Origin: Paragordius varius
Lineage: Eukaryota; Animalia; Nematomorpha
Length of the DNA stretch: 64,000 bases
Reading direction: 5' to 3'
Assembly (NCBI GenBank): GCA_964247055.1
Contig: OZ176054.1
Span: forward strand, 4,898,001-4,962,000
Position numbers and translations under genes: made by a program. Positions within the stretch are counted from its first letter, which is position 1. The number at the start of each line of letters is the position of its first letter. The notes under the pieces are model-generated. The model was not told where the DNA came from. It was given only the letters and a program-made list of their open reading frames with translations, and did no database searches. Shown piece by piece: positions 1 through 12,900 of the stretch.

Positions 1-153
1 GCAACGGAACATTTATATAGATTTATTTTATTAAAACCATTCATAATAATAATAAAATAATGTAACTAATAATTTCAATAAAACAACGAAAAAAAGTCAA
101 TTTAGATAATTATTGATTAATATTTTCCAAATACAAAAACATTAAATTTATAC

Positions 154-3100
154 CGTCAACATTTTTTCATACTGTAAGCTAGCAGCCATACTGTTTTCAC
201 TGTAATCGAGGCCCTCTTTCCACCCATGCATAAGGAATGTCAGCCTAAGTTGTCGCGCTGTAAAACTTTGCAGTGCTTGACGTATAGTAATAAAATTCTT
301 CAATGATTTCGACATTTTACAGCCACTGATAGTCAAATGACCCGAATGAATAAAGTATGAAACCCAATCATTGCTTTCGTAATAAGCCTGGGGAGAAAGT
401 AAATAACATACATTAGAGCACAGCGGTCCGTATACAAATAATTTGATTTTTAATAACTTTAAGCTTGTTTATTAACGTTCCAATAAAACAATATAGTAAT
501 TCATGAATTATTGTAAATTTTAAAGATTCAAATTAAAAACCTTTTTGTAAATGTTAATAATCCAAAATTTTTGTAAACAATAGCTCTTTATATGCCAACA
601 TATGATATATGTGTAAATATATATATGTATAGCCTTTTTATGAAATTATTTTAAGCTATAGAGCCCAATTTTAAAAAAGAAAAGCTTTATTTTAAATATA
701 CGACAATAAAAAAAGTAAGGAAATAACTTCCGTTTGTGCAATTTCATTATCATGATGAGGAAACTTTAAATCAACTCCACCAGCATGAATATCAAGGTAT
801 GATCCACAAATAGCGGTAGCCATTACTGAACACTCAATATGCCACCCAGGTCGACCCTTATATATAATTTAAAAATTTTTTTGGTAATACAGTGAATAAA
901 TAACGCCCTAAAAATAAGTTTTTGTATACTTTGCGCATATAAAATACTTGGCTTAAGCAAATCATCATTTTCGATAAAGAACTAGTTTTTAAGTTATATT
1001 CATGCAAACTTACTCTATTTAAAAATTCGCATAGTGACCCAAATATATAAAAAAATTCCAACATCTATAAAATATATTAAATAAATCGAGAAATAATCAT
1101 ATCTCAATTAAATTTGATGCGTATAATGAGTCATGAACTATTCAAAATCGGGCTTATTATTTTTGGGATGGGGGTTTACTGTATTTAAATTGTTTCTATA
1201 AGCATTTTCAAATATTATAATTTTTATGAAAAAAAAACATTTAATCATTCATTACATTTCCCCAGGGTGATTCCCAATACGGTTCTTCAGGTTTAGAGCT
1301 TTTCCATAAAGCGAAGTCGTTAATACTTCGTTTTTCCGATGTGTGTTCTTCCGTAACACTCAGTTCACCTGTAATATTAATTGCATATAAAATTTTAAAT
1401 GTTATCAATGATAAATCAATTAAATAGAGTATTGATGTTATGTAATAAATATGGTGAGAAATAGTTATCAAGAAAGATGCATCTGAAAATTAACCCTGTG
1501 ATTTAACAATCGTCAATCGCTTTGTAAAGGATCATAATACTTTTTAATCTGCAAGGCTAGGGGCCATTTTATCATAAGGAAAATATATTTAAGTCAATTA
1601 CTAAATAAAATTATTAACTACTTGAATTCATATGGGAAAAGTAATTGACATTACAATTAAAAAATATAATTATAAATACTAAATTGGTGAATACGGCTAA
1701 CCTTTATTCAAATGATACTTAACGGGAAAAAATCTATAATAATAATAATAATACTCAATTAAAATATCAAATACTGAGATTAATAAAAATTATCAATTTG
1801 ATTAAAGTTTTTTAGCTAATTTGATTTGAATTCATTTTATAAAAAGTTAAGGGTATACCTTCTCCTTCATCTATAGCTTTCTGATCTCCATACGCTTCAG
1901 GCAATAGCTTAGCATAATGGTGATTTGGATTTTGCGAAAATTTAGCTGTATCGAAATAGACTGAGCCCGAACGTGCAACATATCTAATGAGAAAAAAGGT
2001 TTATTTAAATAATTTTTCGGAAAAAGTTTCTTATTTTTATACACCAGCTTCTGACACCACATAATAACCCTAAAAAACTCTTTTCTATAATAGCAGGCCT
2101 AATAATGAAGATTATACACTTTTAGGTTAGGAAATATATTAGTATTGTGCATAGATTTGGGCCTTTGTCATAATGAGCCAAAAATGGAAAATAATTATTA
2201 ATATTTATGCTTTTCTCATGATATAAAATTTAAATAAATATAAGTTTTATGGGATATTAATTGAAATTTTTAATTAATAATTAAATTTGATATATTGTTA
2301 AATTGAAAAAATAAGTTAGAAAAAAAAGTTGTTTTAAATAATAAATAATGTTAAAAGACAAAAATATAATAAAAAAAGAAAATCAGGTAAAAACAATAAA
2401 ATAGAAAAACACATGCAAAAATTATGGTTATGGCCACACTTATAAAGTTTACTGACCGACTTGAAGTGTTTAAGAACAGTCTTAAAATGTTTAAAGACCA
2501 ACTTAAAGTATTCAGAAACATTCTTGAAGCACAAATGATATATTATAGATTAATAGTAATTTTTTTATAAATATATAATTTACAAAAAAGTGCAATTATC
2601 AAGATGTATAAATAATGAGTCATGTAATACCTCATTTCTAACCAGTATAAGGGTTTACATTATCACAATATTAAAAAAAATAAATTACGCATATTTATTT
2701 TCAATGATTTTTTGGATGAAAGCTATAATTTCCGGAATGTATTCTGTTACACGCGTCAGTACCGATGGTGGCATTATCTAAAGATTGGTAAAAATGTTAA
2801 ATATTTAAGTGGTATAAAAGAGTAAAAAAATTTAAAGGGAGATGTAAAAATACATTTTAAGAAATAATTAAATTAAAACATCCGTTAATATATGTACATT
2901 AAAATTGTTTTTTTGACCAAAAAAACAAAATTAAACTAATATAATTACTTTTGCGAAACTGGATCAATTAAATGATAAGGAAAATAGTAAAATATAATGT
3001 ATAATACATAGGGTCGAAATAGTAAAACCATAACAAGCTTTATTACTTTTTTAAAAATGTTTGAAATAATATCCAAAACTTGTGTTTTTAGGCAAAAATT

Positions 3101-6100
3101 AATGATTAGTGGCAAATAAAAAGAGTTGGAAACCAGTTATACTTATAACCTTAGCAAAATTATGCGAAAAACAAAAAAATATAAGTATTTAAACATAATC
3201 ATATTACTAACATTTAAGCTTTTCATGTCTTCGTGAAATTCATCCTCCCAAAAACGGGGAAGTTCCAAAAAAATCGTATTTTCTTTAATGGGGTATCTGT
3301 GTTGCGAATCCAACCAGTCGGCCATAACATCCGATATTTGGTTTAAAAATTTCTGCAATTAAAAATTGATAAAAATTTATTATTTAACGCAACGTATGTA
3401 TATACATTGTTTTAGGCTGGATATTATTATATATATATATATATATATATATAGTAAGCCTGATTGTTAAAACCAATTATTTAATAGTTTATTATAGTTT
3501 TTAACGGATATTTGCACAAATAAATCATTACAGTCATAAAACCTCCGAATAAAAATAATGTTTCAATGTTCATATATTTAAGGGTAAAAAAGTAATATTT
3601 TCGTTAAAACAGAGGTAAAAGATTAATATCCACGATAAAGCTATTCATAAAATAGAAAAACTGATAAAAATGAAATGTTAATGAATCATATATCATTCGA
3701 TGTTTGGAAGCTTAAGGTTAAAGAATATTAACACGATATATGCGGTTAAAAAACTAAAAAAAAGTTATTTTGATTTATCTGCTATCAGCCAAAGTTAAAA
3801 AATCACATTATCGCATATTAGGTCAAATAAAATAAATGCAATGATGAAATCGTGTCAAGGAAATTTAATTTATGCTAATATAGCATAAGGATAATTTTAA
3901 ACGGAAAATATTATCAACAAAGTGTTATACTTTTTCGGAGGGTCCAGAGAGGTTTTCAAAAATATTAGCTAAATATCGCATTTTGGCGTTAATTTGAATC
4001 ATAAAAACTTGTTGATCGGTAAAAGAATTCGATTTTTATTAAAATAATTATATATTAACTTTTTATATAGAGTTACTTATTCGCCGTCAGACAAAATTTA
4101 GTCCTTATATAAAAAAGAAATTTTGATAATTTGAACCAAAGCGGAAGCTGCGTTTTTACAAAACATCCAATAAATATTATTATCCATACAAGGATCAGAA
4201 AAAAAGATTTATCAACTCAGTATTTAATTTGGGGAACTTGTATGCCCAAAGCCGGTATTAAAACAAAATGGCGCCAAAAATATAATCGAGATTTTCGGGT
4301 AAAAAAAATTCCCTAAAAAAATCTGAGATGAGAAATCTTTTTTCTGCATCTAATAGTATGAAAAATGTATTTATATTATTTATGTTGGATGTTTTGTAAA
4401 AATTATACACAATTTCCCCTTTAATGCAAATTATCGTTTTTATAAAAGTAAATTTTTTTGAAAATGACAAATTGGGTAATTTCTAACTATAGATTTAATA
4501 TTTGATTGTTTTATTAAAAATTAAAATATTTAACCGCATTTTAATAAGATTTTATGATTCAAATTTAACGAAAAAGTGCGATTTTTTAGCTAATATTTTT
4601 GAAAATCTCTATGGGACCCTCCATAAAGATGTGAAATCTTTGTTGGTATTATTTTGCGTTTACAGTTTATGCTATATTTGAACAAAAATTTAGTTGACGC
4701 GTTTTCATCTAATGTATTTAATTTTATTTGAACTACTATGCGAAACAATGTAATTTTTTAATTTTGGCCAAAAACAGAAAAATTAAAATAAATTTTTCTA
4801 GAATTTTAACCGCATATATCGTTTCGATATTCTTAATTCTAGAGCTTTTTTTAGTTATCGAATGATATATAATTCATTAACCTTTATTTTTAATTCCCAT
4901 TTTTGCCGCACAGTGTTATAGAGCAGGGGCAACCAACACAAATGGCTTTGTGGGCCAAAACTATTTTAATAAATTTAAACATAAGACTATAAATGTAAAT
5001 CGAAAACAATGTTTTCACGTTCGTTGTCGATTCAAGACTTTATCAGAAAATTAGCTTAAGAAATATAGATTTTACCAAAAATTTGTGAAAATAATTTGAT
5101 AAATTTTGGAGTTCCAAGGGACACCTTGGTAAAGTTGATTTTATTTCTGAAATGTCCACCACAGATACAATTTATAGAGTTAAAAGGTTAATAGAAAAGC
5201 ATATAAATAGGAAAAGGGACATGGATTTTAAATCGATATTGAAAAAGCGCTAGGATACCACGAGTCTATATGGCGGAGTTTAGCAAGTTACATAGGAACC
5301 TAAAAAACGTACGGCTTACCAAAGCTAAAATACATCGGGGAATGTAAGATCCAAATGGAATAAACCAAAGCATCTTACAGAGATCAGCAATATGTCCTTT
5401 GCTATTTATCATATGAATGGACGAAATTTCAAAAGAAGTAAACCAATAAGATAGATATGTTCGCTTTATGCAGATGACCTAATCGTGCTGCCAGAGAAGT
5501 AGCAAGAATTGATAAACAAATGATATTTTGAGTTTAAAGTAAATAAGATAAGGACCTCATAATTATTGGTGAGAAAAAAACGAGAAATGGAAGAAGAAGG
5601 TTGGTTATTAAAAAATCAATAGGAATTAAAATATTAAGGAGCGATTTAGCGGCAGATAATTCTTTAACGCATGATATAAATTTAAAAATTCGAAATAGTT
5701 GGGCAAATTATAAAAAGATCTCAAGTTTGTGCGATAAATATATTGATCTTAAAGTCAAGGGTAAGATTTACAGTGCTGTTGTACAGTCAACAATAATGTA
5801 TAACTTATAGACATGGGCAATAAAAGAATTCAGAAGATAAGCACTGTGAAATCACTGAAATCAGAATGCTTAGATTGATGTGCGGTGAAGTAAGGGAAAA
5901 AAAGAAATTATATTAGAGGAGTACAGAAATCAAACCGATAACACAAAAGATTATGTTAAATCGTCTTAGATGGTTTGAACTGTAAGAGGAGATTCTAACT
6001 ACAGTAAAAAGAATGATGAATATATTGCGAAAGGTAAGAGGCGAAGAGGACGTCCTAAAACGCGATGGATAGATACGGTTAAGAGAGATGTGGCAAAACT

Positions 6101-6903
6101 GACTTTAAACGTGAAAACGCCATATATAGGGTTCTAAAGCGGAATGGTTTACAAAATTGACCGTTTTAGGGAATGTTTTTAATAGCGATATTTTTACAAA
6201 CGCTATGTTACTAAGAGCTGTATTAAATGTCCGATGAATGTGGATCAAGATGTAAACCATTTTTTCTTTATCAATTTCAGTCATATCTTGGGGTTTAGGG
6301 TTAGCATCTACCATGCGTTGCAAACGTTTTATTCCATCATTAACCTTATTGACTGTAACATTTTCCAATGTTTTCGCGTCCGGATTGGTTTCTTTCTTTA
6401 TTTTTACCGAAAAATGCTACAAATTAATCGAACCTAGTGTACTTGCAATGCTTCTATACAATCTTTTGAAACCTGTTCTAACGTATGATTTTCGCTAACA
6501 TATCGTTTAAAACGATAATTTTGTCTGGCTCTTTTTATTATCTAAATATAATTAGCAAATACTTTATCATCAATATCTGTGATATTCATAACTGCCAAAA
6601 CGTCATACTTAAAATATTTTTCCAAGACACGACGTATAATATCAAATGATATATAAGATCTACATTTTGATATTATTAAAACCTCGCATGACCCATGTGA
6701 GAAGCATCATAAACAGTGGGTCCACAAGTGTACCACAATACTTTATTCCCATTTCTCGGAATAAATATATCCTAAAAATAGTGATGAACTAAACTTTATT
6801 TCGAGTTAACGAATTATATAGTTGTAATTTTTTGTTATTTTCTATAGGAGCGTTCCAAATAAAACCCTTTTTTTCTTCTAAAAAATTAGTTAAAATTACT
6901 CAT
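154..6903 (-). CDS. CARS1: Cytosolic cysteinyl-tRNA synthetase, 5' part (12 exons, 454 codons visible; 3' end beyond the left edge)
   Basis: Hand-spliced GT-AG exons: 6900-6903, 6795-6877, 6683-6771, 6563-6659, 6443-6541, 6258-6416, 3212-3352, 2689-2777, 1859-1983, 1256-1368, 728-856, 154-387. All phases are compatible (total 1362 nt). The protein has [33 protein letters not shown] (HIGH-type motif), [39 protein letters not shown] and KMSKS, colinear with animal CARS1 as I recall it. Confidence 0.97.
2440..2535. repeat. Degenerate ~20-bp tandem units related to the subterminal repeats of the 15940-16581 MITE
   Basis: Units like ttgaagtgtttaagaacagtc / aaatgtttaaagaccaactt ending in cttgaagcacaaat, resembling 16490-16581. 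Lies in a CARS1 intron. Confidence 0.5.
3656..4895. mobile_element. ~1.25 kb degenerate palindromic (fold-back/MITE-like) element in CARS1 intron 6
   Basis: The left half matches the reverse complement of the right half along its length, e.g. ggagggtccagagaggttttcaaaaatattagctaaa (~3937) vs tttagctaatatttttgaaaatctctatgggaccctcc (~4585), and tttttacaaaacatccaa (~4153) vs ttggatgttttgtaaaaa (~4385). Centre ~4230-4315. No ORF. Ends approximate. Confidence 0.75.
4924..4965. mobile_element. Isolated hAT terminus
   Basis: ttatagag|CAGGGGCAACCAACACAAA, closely resembling ttatagag|CAGGGGTGTCCAACACAAA at 26442. Confidence 0.55.
5080..6150 (+). mobile_element. Decayed RTE-clade non-LTR retrotransposon (RT and C-terminal region)
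   Basis: Broken frames with DIEKA, YADD (tatgcagatgac ~5467), [17 protein letters not shown] (ORF 5601-5810), NRLRWF and [19 protein letters not shown]. Confidence 0.8.
6417..6442 (-). other. 26-nt GT-AG intron 5 of CARS1
   Basis: gtacactaggttcgattaatttgtag. Removal gives EALQ|HFSVK. Retention reads an in-frame TAG. Confidence 0.9.
6542..6562 (-). other. 21-nt GT-AG intron 4 of CARS1
   Basis: gtatttgctaattatatttag. Removal restores DIDDK|IIKRARQ. Retention reads an in-frame TAG. Confidence 0.95.
6660..6682 (-). other. 23-nt GT-AG intron 3 of CARS1
   Basis: gttttaataatatcaaaatgtag. Removal restores HMGHAR|SYISFD. Confidence 0.95.
6772..6794 (-). other. 23-nt GT-AG intron 2 of CARS1
   Basis: gtttagttcatcactatttttag. 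Removal gives LYNSLTRNK|DIFIP, colinear with CARS1. Confidence 0.93.
6878..6899 (-). other. 22-nt GT-AG intron 1 of CARS1
   Basis: gtaattttaactaattttttag. Removal joins ATG A|AA to give [12 protein letters not shown]. Retention gives an early TAA. Least homology-constrained of the five. Confidence 0.75.
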
Positions 6904-8248
6904 GTTTTTAAGTTTTGACAGATGAGAAATGCGTAAAACGGGTTTTGACATATGTTAAAAAACACATTTTACTAAATTTTATAATTGGACAAATTAAGAT
7001 TATTCCGGTAATTTATGGTTGAAAGAAATATCAAAGGTAATGTTTTCTTAATTGTAATCAGTTTAATTTTTTAGGGTGGTAATTTGAGTATAAAACATTC
7101 TTGCTTAAATATGTATTTTATCATTATTAATCTAATGGTGGTTTTGGGCATCATAAACAAGTTAATATCATATTTTAAGTATTGCCCCATATCGTACAAT
7201 CTCAAAATATGCGTAAATCATGCTAATAAAGGCGATATAAGGCTTTATCCTAAAAAATATTTATAAAATTTTTTAAGTGCAAAACAATATTTTTGAAATT
7301 TATATTTCTAATAATGAATTCGACTTTTCTAAGAGCAGGTGTGATTTAAGTTCAAAGCAAATAATCCGATATTTTGTAATAAAATCATATATTTTGACAC
7401 CAAATACAAAAAAATTGATATTCCTAAAATTTAATTTATACTTAAATTTTTGTGAAGCGAATATAAACTATTTGGAGTATGGTGGTAACGGTAAAAACCA
7501 CTTAAAGACATTATAAATATACTTATCTTAAATTCCATCATCTCAAATTTTATATTTTCAAAATGTGTTTAATTTCAAATTTAAATGATTGTTTGTTAAA
7601 AACAGAATATTATTGAACATAAATCTGTTTACAAACAACACTTCAGGACTTTTTAATATTTTTGTCCGCTATATTGGGGTAGTTCATATCAGAGTCAATC
7701 TTGTAAATAAACTGCTGTTTTAAAAGTTATTTTAGTTAAAATTTAATCATCAAACGTTGTTATCCTTTATTAGATAAAAACACAATTTTTGAACTTCCAT
7801 ACTCTATTGAGCTAAATTTAAACCACCATTGAAATAAAAAGCTGATATCAAAAAAGGATCAAACTATTGGTGATTATGACCTGAAATCTGACTAAATATT
7901 ATTTCTAACCATAATATACATTTATTCCCTATAGAAAAAATGGCGGCTAAAACGTTTGACATGTTCATTTTTTACTATTTTACATTTGTTAAAAAAATTT
8001 ATATGAAGCATTCGCCTTAAGCTAAAAGATATTTTTAAATTCAGTGCAATTAAAAAACTTTTTAAAATAATTTTAAAATGCTCTGCGATATAATACTACC
8101 CAAAAAGTGATGAAATGGTAATCAAAAATCTGAGGAGATAAAAATATTTAACATCTTTAAATTATAAGTGTTTTTCTAATATCTTAGAGTGTTTTATCCT
8201 TCGCATCCAGCTTCAAAATACGTTAAAACTCGATGCAGCAATTTTTAA

Positions 8249-8819
8249 CACTTCGATTAAATTGGGGTATTTAAATACCCCAGACAATTTAGTTGATATT
8301 TTCAAAAAACTACTGAAAGAAACGGCTCTAATTTGAAATTGTGCTTCTATCCTAATATATATTTCATAAATAAACCAAATTATCTAAATAAATTTTAGTT
8401 TTGGTAAAAAAGTTATCAAACTATCTGAACACCATTTTATTTTAAAACATTTTTGCAAATATCGTATATATTAAATTTTAAGCCTAAAATTAACTATACC
8501 TTTTAATTAAAATCACATTTAACCTTGATATAAACAGGAAAAGTGGTATATTTTGCATTATTTTTACATTTGGCTTGTGCATACATGTCATGTTGGCTAA
8601 ATCTTTACCATATCTCTAGGTTTTGCCTCTGAATAAGTTTCATCAATATTTGAATAAATTTTTAATGTCGGTTCAGTAATGTTATATAAGTGAAAACTTT
8701 TGCAATGGTCTTAATTTATTCCATATTTTTTTAAAACATTTAATTTTAAAACAAGTCTAGGGTATCTAACCGCCCCAATTTGAATCGAAGGTCTGAAATG
8801 AATGCGTTGTATCCAAGTG
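8249..8819. mobile_element. TTAA-flanked piggyBac-like MITE (unit 1 only)
   Basis: TTAA|CACTT...AAGTG|TTAA with inverted subterminal aattgggg..taccc/ggta..ccccaatt. Interior matches 14943-15497. Absent at the unit 2 position ~43460. Confidence 0.7.
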
Positions 8820-9920
8820 TTAATATTTTTAAGAAATATTTAATTTACAGGTAAACTTTTTTGATGTCAAAATTTAGCATGTAAAAATATATTCACGAAA
8901 TGACGGCATTTTTGCGACTTTTTTGAGATAGCTAGCCCATAATAGATGGGGCAAAATTTTATGACTTTCGGACCCCTAAAATTACGGTTTTCTATAAGTC
9001 ATATATTTCAATAATATTATTTAAGATAAAAGATATGGCTTTATCAAAAAAAAATTAACAACATAATTTTCACAATTTTGCCATTTTTACATATGAGTAA
9101 CTACCATAAAAGTGGTAATAAGTTCTTATATCACTCGCAAGGCCCAAAAGCAAAGGGATCATGAGAATCCTGATATATTATCAGATTATATATTTTCGGA
9201 TTAGTAGATATAGGATTTTTACTGGTATATTAATATTAGGTGAATTATATGGTGTTTAAAAGTTGACTAATTTTGATACCAATATTATAGATGAAAAGCG
9301 AAAAAGTGTTTTAATTTTGGGTTTATTAAGCTCTAGAAAAATTTGACAATTTTTTATGGGTTACGAAAAATATTAATTTTACACTGGGCATAAATTGTTG
9401 AGATGTTAAGCATACTTTTTTTGAAAAATGTTTAATGTGCACTGAAATTTAAAGGCTCCTTAAAGTATATAACATTAAGTATCGTGAAATATTATAAATG
9501 CTCTTGTTTTTACATAATTTCTCCGCTCAACATTCTGACTTTTAGGCCTTTAAAATTTTCCAAAATTTCCTTTGGACGTTTGTAAAGTTGAATTTGATTG
9601 CGAAAGCTTTATTATTAGGTGGAAATCCTAGCGGTTGTATTTTACTAACAACTCATTAATGTACAGTCGTCAAACATTTTTAAGCGATTTTTTACACAAA
9701 AAGTTTATGGCAACTTAAATTAGTTGAAAAAGAATTATAAAATAATACATGAAATTTTTTAGCGGTGTCCTTTGTAAAATAAGCTTTGACTTTATTATAA
9801 TAAGTTTTTTTGTTAAGTATTTTAGAATGGGATTAGAAAACCCTTTGAGGGAGGCTTTGTGATATTCATCAATAGTACTATTTAAATTAAAGAAAAATAT
9901 TTTTTGATAACACTAATTTA

Positions 9921-12900
9921 TTAAATGCTGATTTTTTGTGGAATGATTACACATATATTTCCAATTATGTTTTCCGGCATGTTTGGTATTTTGCTAAACT
10001 TTTGATTCTCAGGATCTAAACATTCACAACTATCTAATTCTAGGTCATTTTGGCTATTAAATCCTCCCATTATATAGATACGTTTATCTACACGTATTTT
10101 GAAATTATATTACCATTAGGAAGATCACATTTACCATAGCTAAAAAATTAAAAGCTAAAATAAAATCAAACCCAAAAACACACAACCAAAACGTAAACGT
10201 GGAATTTTCAAAGATGTTATAAGCTCCCATGTTCTAGTAGCTTGATTTAAATATTCAATAGAGTTTAAACTAAGAATTTTTTTGTCATTGACCGCAGCAC
10301 CCCCAATGACATATAATTTACCATTGGCACTAATCATTGCGTGATAGGAGCGTGCAAAAAGGAGTTTGGGCCTATGAAACCATCTGTATTATAATTTATT
10401 GTATGGATTAAATTTTATATGAAAATGGTAAAGCATCAAAAAAAATTCATGTACGATAACCACTTCTCCCCACATGATTCCCTTTCATATTGGGTAAAAT
10501 AAAAAACCCCATAAAAAACCAGATTTTTTGAGTGATCGGAGTAAACCTATTTTTCCAAAAACCTGGGGTAAATAATGAAGACACAAACTTTAAATAATCA
10601 TAATACCCAAATACACCAACTGGATTAAACTTTTCAACTATATTTTATTCATTAGTATTTATAACGAAATAATCAAGCGTCTTAATATTTATCTTTTATA
10701 CAAAATATATATGATGATAAAATGTATGATCTAAAAATAGTTGCAATGTATTCAGTTTCAGTCTCATTCACTTATTTTAGCATGAAAGCGCTATAAGATT
10801 TTTTTTAATTAAGTCAAAAAGTTTCTTAATATTTACAAAAAATAACGCTATTTTTACGATTCAACTACAGCAACAATTTATAAGACTTTAGAAACTTGGA
10901 GGTTCATTATAAAATAAAAAATCATCTTTTACAGGTAAAAACTACTGCTCTTTCATACTTTTTGTGCGTCATATCAAACACTTCAACGTTTTTTGTCATT
11001 TTAGCCCTATCGTCCTGACTTGATTTGACTATTCCCCCTGAAATCCATATTTGATTTTCATGAACACATGCTGCTAAAGCCATCGTACAGTCTGGTATAG
11101 ATTCTATGCATTTCCATTCATTTTTCAACAAATCATAGCTTTCAACCAAATCTAGTTGACTTTAAATTTTACAAAAATTAAAAATGACACTCTAGAATCA
11201 TAAAGAAATGTATAGGAAAACAAACCCGCAGCTTTAATTAAAGTTATTATAAAAGATATTAAAATGGGTGATTATATTAGGCTAACCCCTAGAGTTAATT
11301 TTCAGTTTAATTTCAAATTTTCAGTTTAATTTTCATAATTACATTAAATTTAATTTAAATTCGTATAACCAACTGCATTTATACCAAAATTGCAAAGTTG
11401 GATATATATACGAAATCGATATGTGAAAACCCCAAGTCAAATAGTTGTGTCGTACTGATGAGTGCTAACAAGCACGAAAGTAGTCTGCGATTACTATTGA
11501 CGAAGGGTTTCATATATCGTTTATAATTTCTATTTATAATTTCATTTAATTTATTTAATTATCCTTTGTCGTTATATTACGGATTTTAACAACTGTTATA
11601 ACTTATTTACGTTTAATTTATACGATACGTCTGTAATAATAAGCGAATTTTGTAACTTTGCTATATATATATATATAGGAATATCAACCAACAATCCGTA
11701 GATCTTAAAACATACTTGTTACAGAGATTTGTAAGGATTGTTGGCTGATCACTACTTCTAAACCCTATTTTGTATAAATTATATTCTTAATAATTCCCAC
11801 TCATGTAAGATTTCAAAAAAAACAGTATAAATTTTTTATACACTCATAAAGATGACAAAAAAATGCCAAAATAAAAAACAATATTTTTGGTTTTATTTGA
11901 TGAATGTTAAGATTTTAATAGTGAGTTTAGGTAGTAAATAATTAATAAAAATTATTTTAATATAGTTTCAATAATTTTTTTGTCTTTAATGTTTAATAAA
12001 AGAAAAACGCCATCTTTTGAGAAATTTTAAAGAGACCTTAACTATTTGATATTAGGCTATTTATATATTTAAAATATATCCTAAAATGATAATAAACCAT
12101 CATTATTTTTTTATTTATCATTAATTTTCACTTTTTGCCCAATTTCAATTTTCTCTCAATATTTTAAAAACTAGGTTGTTAACAAATAAAAATTTTCTGG
12201 CAAATGATTACGCTGGTCATAAGCTATCTCATGAAAAAAAAATTTTTGTTAAAAATCTTTTTGCACACAGTGTATATATATATATATATATACTAGTCGG
12301 ACTTCTGGGGGGAGCTATTTGAAATAAGGGACAATAAAATGATCCACATATGTGGATTATTTCTAAACATTATTTAAATATGATATGGGAATTTTAAAAC
12401 GGTGCATTCATACTAATATTTAATTTTAACGGTCTCATACCTTGGGCAAAAAATAAATAAAAAAATTATTTTTGTGGACTTTGTTTTTTGAACAAGGTGG
12501 CATTTTACGGGGGGAGCGGGTAAAAAGAGGGCTTAAATCAAAAATGTGACCCGACTATGTTCGGCGCAATCGAAAATAAGTAAACAAAAATTATATTTGA
12601 AATTGAATGATCCAACACGTTCTACGGAAAATTGTCTCAAAGACACGATTTCTGAGGACTTCTGTTTTCAAAAAAAATCCGTTTTTCACACGGGGTGGGC
12701 CCGAATCGGGGGCCTATTTCAAAAAACGGGCGAAGCTATTGTCGGGGCATTCATTAATGATTATATTTTTTCGATGTTTGGATTTGAATTGGTCTGCCAT
12801 TTTTCCTCTACCAGATCACAAAACCAGCATTTTCCATTTTTAAAAATATATAGATTTAATGATTGATGCTTGAAAAAACAAATATAACTTATATTCAGAA

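Noticed and set aside
6105-6257. C-terminal part of ORF 6105-6368 as coding
   Set aside because: Only 6258-6416 is CARS1 exon. The rest is read-through into intron 6.
12290-12320. CTAG-T ends here and at ~33770 as Helitron 3' termini
   Set aside because: No convincing subterminal hairpin or matching 5' TC end.
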